A stretch of 64,000 bases of DNA, taken from NCBI GenBank assembly GCA_951406725.2, contig OX597820.1:12586001-12650000 (forward strand), written 5' to 3'. A program made the translations under genes and the position numbers. The notes under the pieces were generated by a model, which saw only the letters and a program-made list of their open reading frames with translations, had not been told where the DNA came from and ran no database searches. The number at the start of each line of letters is the position of its first letter. Position 1 is the first letter of the stretch. The stretch comes from Octopus vulgaris (taxonomy: Eukaryota). Shown here piece by piece: positions 27,483 through 40,405 of the stretch.

Positions 27483-29874
27483 ATATTATCCAAAAATTTC
27501 ATTTCGTTAACCACATGACATTGCGACTCCTATATTTTATTTCGTTCGGTTATAACTTCGCAAGCAGCCCTTTAGTAAAACCACATTTAGAGACAGCAGA
27601 CGTGACCTTCTCATCGATAATTACGTGAATGTCTAAAAGGTTTACTTTTGTAGAAACAAAACTTCTTAATGTGATTAATTCATTGACATTCGTGACTGCT
27701 GACACAAGGTTCATTAACAAAATATATTTTAATTGAATATAATTGAATATCATATTATCTGTTAGAAACCTATAACATCGATAATTATTCTGATGTCTAA
27801 AACATTTACCTTTGGATGGACATTTATTGGCATTGAATGATGACGCATAGATTCGTTAGCAAAATATAAATTAACGGTATATAATAGAATATCGAAATAG
27901 GTGTTAGAAATCTTATTCACGGGTCTATTTTTAATTGCATCATTCTCACATGAACGACATTATAAAAAATTGTAAAACTAATACCCTATTTAATTGTTTA
28001 ATGCATACGGCAGAGATATACAAGTTACTTTGTTTCATTACAGAGAACTTTGACACCAAATCTAGGTTAGTCTTTTCTTTAGCCGGACACAATATTTTAT
28101 TACTTAGTTTTATCTCTTTCTGAACAATGAAAAACCAAGTCTTTTTTATGAGATTCTACTCATAAAAGGAACAATCCCTCTGCGCTATAAATCCTTCCGC
28201 ATCGACCTTTCCTGGAGTATTATGAACCCAATATATATTATTGCATATTTCCTTTACTAGAAGTTTGAACGCTTCAAGGAGGAAACAATTAATAAAATAA
28301 CACGAAAATGTATTATGTAACCACTAGAGAAATCCTATATGGGGAACAGACTTTTAAAGGTAGAAACACTGTTTAGACAATATAATATGAAACTGAATCT
28401 GTATCCAAACGCTACACACACCAAGTAAAACATTTGAGAAGAGTTGCCTTCTATACTGCTTGCAACATTATTTTGAAAGTTTTGTCAATCTTCAAATACG
28501 TTTAGCTTTATGTATCGCTCTTTCATGTAAGGATTGCCATTTGCTTTCTATGCATTTGTTTATGTATCTGGTGGCCGCAATCAATTTCCCTTTCACTAAT
28601 ATTTCACCAATATTTTTCAAACACATGAGACTAATTAACTTCACGTTTCCTAGTTGCTTCCAATGACAAAGTCGACGTCTGCCAAAGAGAGAGAATCAAT
28701 AGAAATTTAGATTAGATTCTTTCATTTATTTTATTGTCAAAAGATTCAATCATCAAATGGGAAGACTATAAATATTTATTTCACTAACAAGTGAAATAAA
28801 AAGAATAAAGGATTAAATACTTGTGATTTATGAGTGAACATTCGTAATCAGTCGAATACAATATATTAAAATGCGATTGATCCTATTGTCTTCAACAGTC
28901 CGGAAAATAGTTGTCTAAAAATTAATTTTGTAGGACACAGAAATGTTAAAAATTAGATTGTCTGCAAATATATGAATTTCTCTTCATTTTAAAACCATCC
29001 ATGTTACATAAATTGAAGGTAACACTTGTGTTGTACAAATCTGCTCTTGGAAAGAATTAAGCCATTTATTCTCATATGCTGTTCTTTGAAAATGTTTGCT
29101 TCGTCATTTCAAACTAGGATTATTATGATTGTCGGGAAAACTGAGAAATTGATTTGTTGACATATTTCAGATTTATATTAGTGATTGAGTAGCATACAGA
29201 GTTCAACGTGCAGAGATATGATACTTCTTTGTTCATCGCTAGGACGGGGACATCGCAACGACGGGGCATTAAAAGAGTGACTTTAAATTGTGATATTCAT
29301 CAACAGATATTTGCCAGGAAGACTTTCATTACTAGGAGATTACATCTACTTCTCCAGGAACATTTATGACTTATCAGGTAACTACACTAGCTTAAAACGC
29401 ACTCTTTTCAAAGTCGCACGGCCTACTGAGATAGAAGCCTCATATTCCTTAAATCAAAACATAGAGGAACATGATACTTTGAATAAAAAGGGTTTTGTTT
29501 TACTCTGTTTATGTAAACACATGGGGATTGACCTGGTGCAAACAACAACATAGGAAATGAAATAATTGACCACTTGCAGCAGTGACACCGAAATTTAAAT
29601 ATACGTACAACGATAAATGTTAAGCCTAATTAAATCCTGAGAATACAAACGTGAAACGACTACAATATCTAACGCCCTTGATTTAGTTACTGGTGAGAGA
29701 AAACCTGGCAAACAAATATTAAGCTGTATTGTTCATACATTTTCCAAATGATTAATAATGGAAATGAACAGAAATAATGTCAGTCAACAAGTTTTTTTCT
29801 TTATTGCAGGTTTGGTCTAGAGGAAAGAATGTGCTTATGAACTTGCAGTCTTTCCGTGACAAGTGAGATCAACG

Positions 29875-30175
29875 TAGTTAATGTATCTTTTGCGCTATTA
29901 AATATGTGTAGCGCAGAAACAAAAAGAACATGTAGTGGGGGGTGTTGTAAGAAGGCCGCCTTTCTGGAGAGAAAGACCTGGTGTGAGTTGTTGCAAGCAA
30001 AAGATTTGTTAGGGCGTGCACATTACGAATGACAAGTGGATTATAGTTACTTGAGAAGAGGAGCTTCAATACGAATCAGGATTGAGAATAGTATATTGTA
30101 CAAGCGGTAGAAATGGCAAATGGTGAATGTATTAGCCGTGTGAGCTTAGAGGCTGGAGTATGTTGGGCAGCAATT
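29875..30175 (-). pseudogene. Highly degraded LINE 3' fragment (Jockey-like)
   Basis: ILQPL..FYRLYN..HTRSF-like remnants across frameshifts. Confidence 0.4.
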
Positions 30176-31136
30176 TTGCCGCAACCGGTCCTGTGCTTTT
30201 TCGTTTTTTTTCTGTTTCCCCCTGGTGGTTCTAAATACCTGCATATTTAGCAGCAAACCATCACAGATGTAGAACTTGTACACATTGTTGGTCTTTTCTG
30301 AGCTGAGCTTTTAGATAATGATTCCAAGAGGCCGTGTAGAGAAAACCCAGCCTTAGTGACGTAGCATTTACTATATTAAGGATGTAATTTTTCGAGGAGG
30401 GCACCTCATTTAAGAATTAGAATTTTTATGGTGTTACCTTCAGCTAAAAGCTGTTCGCTATCATCAAAATATATTACTTAATATATTTTCTCGCAGTGAA
30501 TCCTCAAAACCACACTTCTCAGTTAATTTATCTTACATAATACAAAGGAGTCCTTTATTTTGTATCATCCGTTTAGATCAAAATGGTTGTACCTAACATA
30601 TTACAAAATGTTGTTTAAATAAACTCATTAATTAGGTGTATAAAGGCATCTATATTAGGGTGCTTATAATCAAGTGAATAGAGTAACGATCCTACACAAT
30701 TAGTAAACTAAGATTTAGAATCACGAGCCCGTAATTTATCGTTGTTAGTAGTTTATTTTAGTACCAGTTAAAATGTTATCAGTAATCAAATATTGACTAC
30801 TCGGTAGAGAACTAAACGTATCAAAATTGAACTTACGATTAGATATGACGATTGCGACATTCGAAAACCTATGTTACCAGACAACCTCTATCGACCAACA
30901 TTTCGCATCATACCATTAGATGCAGCATAAGCTGAAATCTATTTGCGTCATTTGTACGCAGTTACTGCCAAGATATTGTCATTCTGCTAATGAGGTATTT
31001 AACGGAATATATTTTCGTCGATTCGTTACTTGAGATGATTACACTACTTACTTAATGTTGACAGTCATGATGAAAAGTTTCGCAGTCAAATAAAAATATA
31101 ACAGGTTTTTCAAATCTGCAGCAGAAAAATATTATA

Positions 31137-31197
<61 letters not shown>

Positions 31198-31477
31198 ATA
31201 TATGTATGTATGTAACTTATATGATTTGTTATTGTTTGTTCGCAAATTGAACTTGACGCAAGAAACCTACGAGCAAAAATGTTCTAGGAATAGCCATTCC
31301 ATTTATTCGAGAGTATGTAAAACATCTTATATGCCCTTACCTTCACCGATGAGCTAAGATGTGAGTTGAGATTTAGCAGCAATTATTATATCTAGTCGAG
31401 ATGAAATTTAATAATGTTTAACACAATAAACAATGTCTAATACAGCTAAATCCTCAGAGAACAAATTTCAATTACCT

Positions 31478-31709
31478 ATTTCTTTGCTATCCACAAGGGG
31501 CTAAACACAGAGAGGACAAACAAGGACAGACAAACGGATAAGGTCGATTACATCGACCCCAGTGCGGAACTGGTACTTAAATTTATCGACCCGAAAAGAT
31601 GAAAGGCAAAGTCGACCTCGCCGGATTTGAACTCAGAACGTAAAAACAGACGAAATGCCGATAAGCATTTCGACCGGCGTGCTAACGTTTCTGCCAGCTC
31701 GCCGCCTTT
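31478..31709 (-). mobile_element. tRNA-SINE family B
   Basis: 16-bp TSD caaatttcaattacct at 31462-31477 and 31711-31726. Confidence 0.93.
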
Positions 31710-32016
31710 GCAAATTTCAATTACCTTCATTAGAAAGTCACGTATGGAATTCTGCTGATGAATGAATTAGTAGCTTCCTTAATAAAGCCGTATATTTTAG
31801 TTTCTTTATTCCGCTAAAATAGCCTTTAAACCCGTAAACATTATTTCTGTAAATAAAGCATTTAAAATTAAATTTATTTCTTAGTCAAAGCTTTCCTAAA
31901 AATTTAGGCTACAACTGGAAATCCGTTCCTACTTCAGATTATTTCTATTTCTATATGTAGATGTTTTTTAACCAGTCTCTATAACTTTCATGCTTCTTTT
32001 AGTACACTAGTTGGAC

Positions 32017-32170
32017 CTCAAAGATTGTTTCAGTCTATGAAATGAAAGCGTAGGGAAACTTGAAGAATTTGAAAAAATTATGAATGGAATTAATGCAAAT
32101 ATTCACAATAGAACATATGCAACTCCATTTTTAGACATCCCTATAAAGAACGTCAACTGCCAAATACACG
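32017..32170 (+). pseudogene. Penelope-like RT remnant
   Basis: Manual translation LKDCFSL*NESVGKLEEFEKIMNGINANIH..PFLDIPIK, resembling PLE RT (Y)xDDCFxxW..N..HxxI.FT..LPFLD. Confidence 0.6.
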
Positions 32171-32264
32171 GTCGTGGTGCAGATTACTCTCTTAACGCGC
32201 CAGGTATTAAAATATCTAAAAATCATGGACACACGAGATAATTCAACCCAGATCCTATCCAGGA

Positions 32265-32311
32265 GTGATGGACACCAATGTTTCGTCATTTTTGTGGCTT
32301 ATCAGCATCAC
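32265..32311 (-). ncRNA. Minimal type I hammerhead motif (G8 to A decayed)
   Basis: gtgatg-CTGATAA-gcca(caaaaa)tgac-GAAA-cattggtg-TC-catcac. Confidence 0.7.
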
Positions 32312-32938
32312 GTACCCAAACCGAAACGGAGGCGAATAGACCATCAGTCTACGTTTTATACGGATATAGTGAGGAAATTATATGTTGGTATGCCCGGATA
32401 ATTCATGCGTAAGAATAAATTCAAATATGAATTTGAAACCACAAAAGAGCAAAACATCGATGTTTAAGACTCTTGAATGAGATCTGGGGTGTGTTATTTA
32501 CTCTGTCTATGCTTTTCAGATGTGATGTTTTAACACCAGGAACTTTGAGAGAGTATTCTCCACCGCGTCATAACACAGCCTACCGGCAATTGCACTTCAG
32601 TTATACTTTAAATATGTTTGGTTGATAGTGGTTATTGAGATAGCAGACAGATGTATCTGTGACTGTACATGCTTGCATAAGAAATTTTATTTCTAGATTA
32701 GCGTAACTTGCAAGATATAGCATCCAGGGTATAGTTGAAAAACTATCATAATTCTTACATTACAAATTTTAATGCAAATTGTAGCCTAGAGATTCGGGCA
32801 AAGTCTATACTTCTCTCCAGAGGATAGATCTTGGAACTTATTGCTAACCCTGAAAATAAATTATTCAACTTTGTCGACGATGTGCACTCATTTCTCTATA
32901 ACCTGTTGATGATTTAGCTGCATACTAATAAGCAGCAG

Positions 32939-33022
<84 letters not shown>
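32939..33022. repeat. (AAT)n microsatellite
   Basis: Direct repeat run. Confidence 0.98.
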
Positions 33023-33024
<2 letters not shown>

Positions 33025-33560
33025 TGGAAGCTATGCCAACACTGGAATATCAACAGAAAAAAATATGGTATAGGCACAAACCAGGAAAGGTCACAGAAAA
33101 CGAGAAAGCAATCATACTCTGGGATATGCCAATACACACTGGTAGAGAAATTAAGGTCAATAGGTCAGATATAGTTGTCAGAGATCATGAAGAAAACAAA
33201 ATGCTTTCTAACTTATGACAACGTTTCTCTGAAAGAAATGGAGAAACTTTCAAAATACAAAGACCTGGAAAAAGAGGTAACTCGAATGTGGAATCTAAAA
33301 ACAGAAACAATTCCTATCACAGTAGGGGCATTAGGTATGAAAATAAATATTCAGACAAATACATAACAAAGACACCAGGACTTAACAAATATATATAACA
33401 TACAGAAAATTGCACTACTGGGCACTGCACACATCCTACGCAGAACACTTTCAATACAGTAAAAGTAAGAGCATCACAGCAAACCACAGCATATACCCAA
33501 GGCACACAGAGCTGCGTTCGGTAGTGAAGTGAAATCACGCTATAAAAATAATGCTACTGA
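33022..33560 (+). pseudogene. R4/Dong-like non-LTR retrotransposon 3' fragment (RLE domain)
   Basis: WYRHKP..ILWD..NRSDIVV..KEMEKLSKYKDL..IPITVGALG..ALLGTAHILR; flanked by (AAT)n. Confidence 0.88.
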
Positions 33561-33629
33561 ATAATAACAATAATAATAATGATAACAATATTAATAATAA
33601 TAACAATAATAATACTAATAACGATAATG

Positions 33630-33676
<47 letters not shown>

Positions 33677-33699
33677 TGTTATTATCATTATTATCATTC

Positions 33700-33739
<40 letters not shown>

Positions 33740-33744
33740 CATTA

Positions 33745-34146
33745 TTGTCTTTGCACAGCTTCTAACGCTGCAGATGTACTACAGTGTCAGCTATTCACTA
33801 CCAGTGAACTAAGGTAACACCTCTTATTTTTCGAGCACCTTCCGGAGTATTCGAGCGGTTCCAAGCAGTGCTATTTTCTGCAAGTGGTCTACCCTTATTG
33901 CATCCCATATTTGTTCCACGTAGTTCTCGAGATTTTTGCTCGATGTTCCCAGAGCTCCGACAATTATTGGTACTACTGCTACCTTTTTTATCGACCACAA
34001 CTGCTTAACTTCCCAAGCTAACCTTTCATATCTTTCAACTTTTCTTTCTTCCTTATCGCATAACTTGTTGTCAGCTAGGCATGCTATATCTATGATCCAG
34101 CATAGTTTTTCTTTCTCAATTAAGACTATATCCGGCTTCCTATTCT
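33745..34146 (-). pseudogene. Second R4/Dong-like RLE 3' fragment, tail-to-tail with the first
   Basis: RKPDIVLI..IIDIAC..KVERYERL..VVPIIVGALG..LQKIALLGTARILRKVLE*; ends in (AAT)n. Confidence 0.85.
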
Positions 34147-34210
34147 TCTTTTTCCTCTTCTTCTTCTTCTTCTTCTTCTTCTCCTTCTTCTTCTTCTTCT
34201 TCTTCTTCTA

Positions 34211-34288
<78 letters not shown>

Positions 34289-34396
34289 GATGTAGTACCA
34301 GGTAGTGGCTCTCGTGGCTTTTGATCTTAACTGATTGGAAGTGTTATCATCTACATTGTTTTGTCTTGGTATAAAAGATGGAGTATAGCAAATATT
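34289..34396 (-). mobile_element. Probable 3' end of a third (AAT)n-tailed retroelement
   Basis: Unique segment joined directly to the (ATT)n run; no coding evidence. Confidence 0.35.
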
Positions 34397-34651
34397 CAGC
34401 ATCGGTTGTCAAGCGATGTTGGGGGACAAACACAAACACACAAACATACCCCCCACCACACACACATATTTATATATATTATACATATACGACAGGCTTC
34501 TTCCAGTTTCCATCCACCAAATCCACTTATAAGGCTTTGGTCGGCCCGAAGCTATAGTAGAAGACATTTGCCCAAGGAGCAACGCAGTCAGACTGAACCC
34601 GGGACCCTGTTGTTGGTAAGCAAGCAACTTACCACACAGCCCCTCCTGCAC
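34397..34651 (-). mobile_element. tRNA-SINE family A, 5' part
   Basis: Aligns to family A. Confidence 0.85.
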
Positions 34652-34652
34652 C

Positions 34653-34684
<32 letters not shown>

Positions 34685-34911
34685 TATATATAGGAGGTTG
34701 TGAGAGGTAATGGAATCAGTGAGACCCAAAGGTGTCAGGTAATACTGAATAAGTGCGAAGGATAGACCATAGTTAAGTTCCAGGTTCTGCGATTATGCGA
34801 ATAAGGGGTCAACCTCTAACATCCCTTTTGGTTTGAAGACACCTACATCCACACAATGTCTTGGTCTTTTATCTCATTACGAAAAAACGAAGTTAATATT
34901 ATATAAATATA

Positions 34912-34969
<58 letters not shown>

Positions 34970-34972
<3 letters not shown>

Positions 34973-35312
34973 GGAGTGATCACGAAAAAAACAAAAGACG
35001 AAGACAGATGGTGTAGAAAACAAAGAGATGTATTAGTATAACGTTCAGGAATTGAAAAAGCCTACGCTCTTCCACAGAAAGGAACACAGAAACAAACAAG
35101 GAGAGATAAAATGCGTGTAGTGGCTATATATATATATTCAAAATGTGACCGCGTGTGAACCGTTGGCGATTTTTTTTCCTCCGTCTTCCCTCCGCTCGAA
35201 ACGTTAAACCCTCCTTCTTCCCTTCCTTCCTGAGCGTCCAATAATACTAGATTTGTTCCACGTCCTCGCGTTGTTGTGTTTCCTCTTTGTGTTTTCATGT
35301 TTGGATGAACTA
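34970..35312. mobile_element. Two PLE-like terminal fragments in (TA)n, each with a partly deleted HHR
   Basis: 35137-35312 is homologous to 44205-44420 but lacks the CTGACGA segment; 35060-35082 (-) keeps ctttCTGTGGAagagcgtaggc but lacks GAAA. Confidence 0.6.
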
Positions 35313-35348
35313 TTTATATATATAAGTATGTATAATACACACACACAC

Positions 35349-35385
<37 letters not shown>

Positions 35386-35473
35386 TTATGCGTGTGTGTG
35401 TGTATGTGTATGAGTGTGTGTGTGAGTGTTTAAAGATATCGACTACAAATCCGCGCACTGCTTAGTAAAACAT

Positions 35474-36050
35474 TGGTTAGTTAGTTAGTTAGTTAGTTAA
35501 TTTGGCTCAAAAGCAAATAGCAAGGCCATGTAGGGGGACATGGAGTTAAGTACAGGGTGGTGTTCATGTAAAGAGTTCAGGCCACTTGAGGTCCAGGGAG
35601 GCTTTGAACAAAGCGGTCGTCGGCATCTTCACCATCTCGTCTGGCAGCTTGTTCCACGGATCCGCAACCCGGACGGAGAAAGCCCCTCTCCTTCGATTGA
35701 GATGAAATCGTCGCAGGTAGAGCTTTTCGGAATGACCCCGCAGCCGACGCTCTGGAGCAGGAGTGAAGAACAGCTCTTTCGAGAGGTTACACTTTCCGCT
35801 TATGATGTTGTGGGCGAGAATGAGATCACCACGGCGGCGGCGTTTTTCAAGAGAATAAAGGTCGAGCGTCCTCAGCCTTTCTTCGTAGGACAAATTTTTG
35901 AGACCATGAACCAGGCGGGTAGCCAGCCTCTGGACTCTTTCGAGGTGCTGTATGTCTTTGAGGAGATAAGGAGAAGAGGCTTGAATCCCATACTCCAATA
36001 TGGGTCTCACCAGCGTGACATAGAGTGGCAGGAATATGGCTGCTGTGAGC
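35474..36050 (-). pseudogene. Young CR1-group LINE 3' fragment with (TAAC)n tail
   Basis: Open frame LYVTLVRPILEY..LERVQRLATR..SYEERL..LEKRRRRGDLI..FSVRVADPWNKLP..FKASLD. Confidence 0.92.
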
Positions 36051-36676
36051 ATATATTTATCAAACCTAAGTTTTCGTAACGTTTTACGTTATTGGTTGTT
36101 GAAAGCATGGCTATATCTGATGTTGATAATTACTATCGCACATTCATGAAATTATACGTTAGCTCTTGCAAAATGTAAAAGAATTGAAGCAAAACGAATC
36201 GAAACGGAACGATTATATCGTCACGCTCAATTAACAGTCTTATCTATGCGACATTCTGTGTATGCGTGTGTGTCTTTTTTTCTCATTCATTCTCCCTCTT
36301 ACATACGTACACATACGCGCATATGATCACTCTTACACATATGTATGGTTGTGTTTGCATACACACATACATAATACATATGTATATATGTGTGTCTGTG
36401 TGTACAGACACCCACACACGCACACACAATATATAGGATTCTGTAAGATGTCTAAATACTTATTTAGACTGTTTTTCACATGCAGAGCCGCCTAAAATCT
36501 GTCTTAATTTCAAATCATTTGGAGGCGGTATTTCGATATATTTGGCTTTAGAATTCTACAAGCGTCACTTTCAGCTGTATTTTTCTCTATTTTGGGTAAA
36601 CCACAAAAACTGCTGGTTTTGCATCTCAAGTTGTTTATATTATCAGATTTTAAATTGGTCAAATATGTGCAATATA

Positions 36677-37072
36677 TCTTTATACATAAAAGTAAGGTTG
36701 TGTGCTGTCTGTCTCCTACGATTTAGATTCCTAACTACTCCCACATTCTGCGGTGCAGTTTAACCAAAACCGGGTATCTTATAGTCGTGATTCATATCGA
36801 GCCCTTCTGGGTATTAGCGCGTGTCTACGATGAGTCTACAATTTTAAAAAGAATTTACCATCAATTTTTCCCATTTTTAATGCATTTTTGGCATATATAA
36901 GGGAAGTAACTCTCTAAAAATTTATTATTAAATCTCAGAACGTAAAAAGCTACAGTAACATCCCCTCTTTGTGGTTAGCCATATTGAGATGGCTATTATA
37001 CTTTACATCTCTAAAAATGCTTATATAGTTATTTCCCTTACAAACCCGAGCAACGCCGGGCGATACTGCTAG
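36677..37072 (+). mobile_element. Non-autonomous Helitron
   Basis: 5' TC(tttatacataaaag), 3' cccgagcaacgccggg hairpin followed by CTAG|t. Confidence 0.82.
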
Positions 37073-37423
37073 TATATTCTATAAGATCAGTAGATCTTCC
37101 ATTATTACTCATTGTTCGTAGTTGTATGGGTTTTCGCTAGTGATTTCTGTTACTAATTCCATTCAGTTCAGCTGGAAGACTCATAATGTGATCCCAATGA
37201 ATGTCAAGAACTTTATGCCGTCGTCTTTCTTGACAAAACTTCAATTTAGTTTTTGCTTGCGATTCATTATAGCTTTTTTTTCAGTTGATCAAAATATGTT
37301 CAGCTAGCCTGAGGATTCAGCAGAATTATGTAAAATCGGTTTCAAATTTTGGCACAAGGCCAGCAATTTCTGGGTGGGAGGGGTGGTTTGGTGAATTAGG
37401 TCGATTATATCGATCCCAGTGCT

Positions 37424-37647
37424 AAGGCGGCGAGCTGGCAGAAACGTTAGCACGCTGGGCGAAATGCGTAGCTGTATTTCGTCTGCCGTTACGGTCTGAG
37501 TTCAAATTCCGCCGAGGTCGACTTTGCCTTTCATCCTTTCGGGGTCGATAAATTAAGTACCAGTTACGCACTGGGGTCGACGTAATCCGTTTGTCTGTCC
37601 TTGTTTGTCCCCTCTGTGTTTAGCCTCTTGTGGGTAGTAAAGAAATA
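37424..37647 (+). mobile_element. tRNA-SINE family B nested in an older, opposite-strand family B copy (37340-37745)
   Basis: 18-bp TSD tatatcgatcccagtgct at 37406-37423 and 37648-37665. Confidence 0.93.
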
Positions 37648-38587
37648 TATATCGATCCCAGTGCTTAACTGCTACTTATCTTATCGACCCCGAAAGGGTG
37701 AAATGCAAAATCGATCCCGACGGAATGCGAAGTTGGTAGAAATGCGGCGTGGTAGCGATTTTGTTGGCTCGTTATCTGCCGAATTCTGTAATATCAGTTT
37801 TTATTTACGGAAAGTTAACCATTTGGGCAGTTGATGTAATTTTAACCACTTAATTTGTTCACTTGACTAACAGTTAATGAACTTAACATTATGATATATT
37901 ATTATAAGCAGAGTTAATGTCAAAGGTGACACATTAATAATATTGGGTTTCTCTTGTTTGATAACTAATTTATATCCCATTATCTCTGATTTCGATCTAA
38001 AATAAAATTGTTAATTTGCTCATTTTTGGCATTAATTGTTGCTTCTCTATTTTGTTTTGATTTATCGAATCTATCCTATATTCTAGTATTTTGTGTAAGA
38101 CAATTCCTGGTGCAGTTCTTACGTATGATTTATATTTTTTTTCTTGAATGATGTATTTTTTGATTTTACGCCATTGTTCCTTGTTTCTCACGGCAGCTTA
38201 GTTCGTTGTGAAAATTTATAATCTGCTTTGAATTTCTGAACGGACCTTTTGTCTTCGTATAACTTCGGTGTATCATGAAATGATGAAACTTTGATTTGGA
38301 CCTTCGTTTGTTGAAATTAAGACTTGTTCATACAGAGAGACAACCTTATTTACATTATTTACAATTGACGGATAGTTGACCTCATCTTGTTTGTTGTTAA
38401 CACAAGGTTTAGGCTGAGACATCCTCCAGCCTTCATCAGGCATATGGCGTAGTAGCTAAGACCGCGGGCTACTAACCCCAAGATTCCGAGTTCGATTCCA
38501 AGCAGTGACCTGAACAATAATAATAATAGTAATAACAACATCGAAAAATACCTTAGGAATGAGAACCCAGGTTCGAAATTTCCCCAA

Positions 38588-38633
38588 GACACTTGATGAA
38601 GGCTGTAGGGTATATCAGCCGAAACGTTGTGTT
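38588..38633 (+). ncRNA. Minimal type I hammerhead motif
   Basis: gacac-TTGATGA-aggctg..cagcc-GAAA-cg-TT-gtgtt (core reads CTGATGA in both sister copies). Confidence 0.72.
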
Positions 38634-38721
38634 AACAACAAACAAGATGAGAACAAATATCCGTCAATTGTAAAGAATGTCAATAATGTACATACTTCCT
38701 CATCTCTTAAACATAGTACCG

Positions 38722-39106
38722 TGGAGGCGCAATGGCCCAGTGGTTAGGGCAGCGGACTCGCGGTCATAGGATCGCGGTTTCGATTCCCAGACCGGGCGTT
38801 GTGAGTGTTTATTGAGCGAAAACACCTAAAAGCTCCACGAGACTCCAGCAGGGGATGGTGGTGATGCCTGCTGTACTCTTTCACCACAACTTTCTCTCAC
38901 TCTTACTTCCTGCTTCTGTTGTACCTGTATTTCAAGGGGCCGGCCTTGTCACTCTCTGTGTCACGCTGAATATCCCCGAGAACTACGTTAAGGGTGCACG
39001 TGTCTGTGGAGTGCTCAGCCACTTACACGTTAATTTCACGAGCAGGCTGTTCCGTTAATTCGGATCAACCGGAACCCTCATCGTCGTAACCGACGGAGTG
39101 CTTCCA
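38722..39106 (+). mobile_element. tRNA-SINE family C, full length
   Basis: TSD aaacatag at 38709-38716 and 39110-39117. Confidence 0.95.
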
Positions 39107-39189
39107 AAAAAACATAGAACTTTATCACATAGACAACCTTATATGCAGCTTTTGCCCAGGACTCATTTTCTACCTTCCTCCTAGAGTTA

Positions 39190-39400
39190 CTTTGCTCATC
39201 ATCATCAGTATGTGGCTGAGCTTCCTCAGCCTTTTTAAACCTGGACTCGCCATCCATCTTGGTCCTGTATTATTTGAGGGAGGTCTTCGGGGACGCTTCG
39301 AGTGTCTCTGGGGCGTTGATCTACATACGTTGTGTTCTAACATGTTCCAGAACGGCCATGCATGCATGGCCGTATGTCGCGCAACATACCTTAATTTCTA
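39190..39400 (-). pseudogene. Degraded RTE-like LINE 3' end
   Basis: TPQRHSKRPRRPP..PRW motif and gatgatgatg tail. Confidence 0.45.
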
Positions 39401-39661
39401 TGCTCATGTGAAAAGACGTTTTATGTAAACACATATGCCTCCGTGTTTTTGGCTTTTCTTTGTTGTTTCTTATTCTCCACAACTTGTCCCTATCGTTCGA
39501 TCTACTATTGTTTCATCGACATCTTCGTCTTAACGTTTTATCTGTTGTTGTATTTCGAGTCTGCTCCTTTATACCTCCAAATACAGCCACACCTTTGAAT
39601 ATATCACAAAACAGTACGGGATGGTCTTCATCGAGTATGTATCTCCTGCGGTAATGTGGAT

Positions 39662-39892
39662 AAGGCGGCGAGCTGGCAGAAACGTTAGCGCGCCGGGCGA
39701 AATGCGTAGCCGTATTTCGTCTGCCGTTACGTTCTGAGTTAATTCCGCCGAGGTCGACTTTGCCTTTCATCCTTTCGGGGTCGATTAAATAAGTACCAGT
39801 TACGCACTGGGGTCGTTGTAATCGACTTAATCCGCCTGTCTGTCCTTGTTTGTCCTCTCTGTGTTTAGCCCCTTGTGGGTAGTAAAGAAATA
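39662..39892 (+). mobile_element. tRNA-SINE family B
   Basis: TSD ggtaatgtggat at 39650-39661 and 39893-39904. Confidence 0.94.
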
Positions 39893-40368
39893 GGTAATGT
39901 GGATTAGGGACCTTGGTTCATAGGAGTTGTCATTTTTGTTGTTTTGATTTCATCTATGACCATCCCATGCAAGCGTCATACATTTAATTCTATATTGTAC
40001 GATGTAATTTTACATATATCATTTGAAAACGTTACAGTGTAGTTTCAGACAACTTTAGTAGCTGACACCATGCGATTGAGCATTCTTTTGGGAAGGTGAC
40101 GAAATGTGAAAGATATTTCGTCAGTGACTAATGAGCAATAAAGCATGTTTCTGCTCTTGTGTTTTGTAATGTATATATGTATATATACACCATGTCTTCA
40201 GTTATCTGAAGAGATGGTGGTGTGGATTTCCACCTCGGCATCCGAAACTCAGAGTTTTATCTCGGCTACCGAATAATTGTCAAAAATTATTTTACAGATA
40301 AATTCCTCTATTTACATAATATTGAGGACTCTTTCTTTCTTTTGTTATCTTATCTTACCGTTTTTACC

Positions 40369-40405
<37 letters not shown>

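Larger units (their letters stand above)
38350..39130 (+). mobile_element. tRNA-headed hammerhead element with an inverted 5' partial copy (contains a nested family C SINE)
   Basis: A box 38445-38455, B box 38488-38499, HHR 38588-38633, inverted arm 38350-38440, flanking repeat agacaaccttat. Confidence 0.8.

Noticed and set aside
29810-29862. Possible exon after a strong polypyrimidine acceptor (ttgcag|GTTTGG..CAA|gtgaga)
   Set aside because: Short, no homology recognised, adjacent to a LINE remnant.
35540-36079. 179-aa ORF on the + strand
   Set aside because: Antisense shadow of the CR1-group LINE frame on the - strand.
38441-38510. tRNA gene calls for SINE heads (also family C and D heads)
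   Set aside because: Acceptor stem incomplete and embedded in repeated retroposon bodies.
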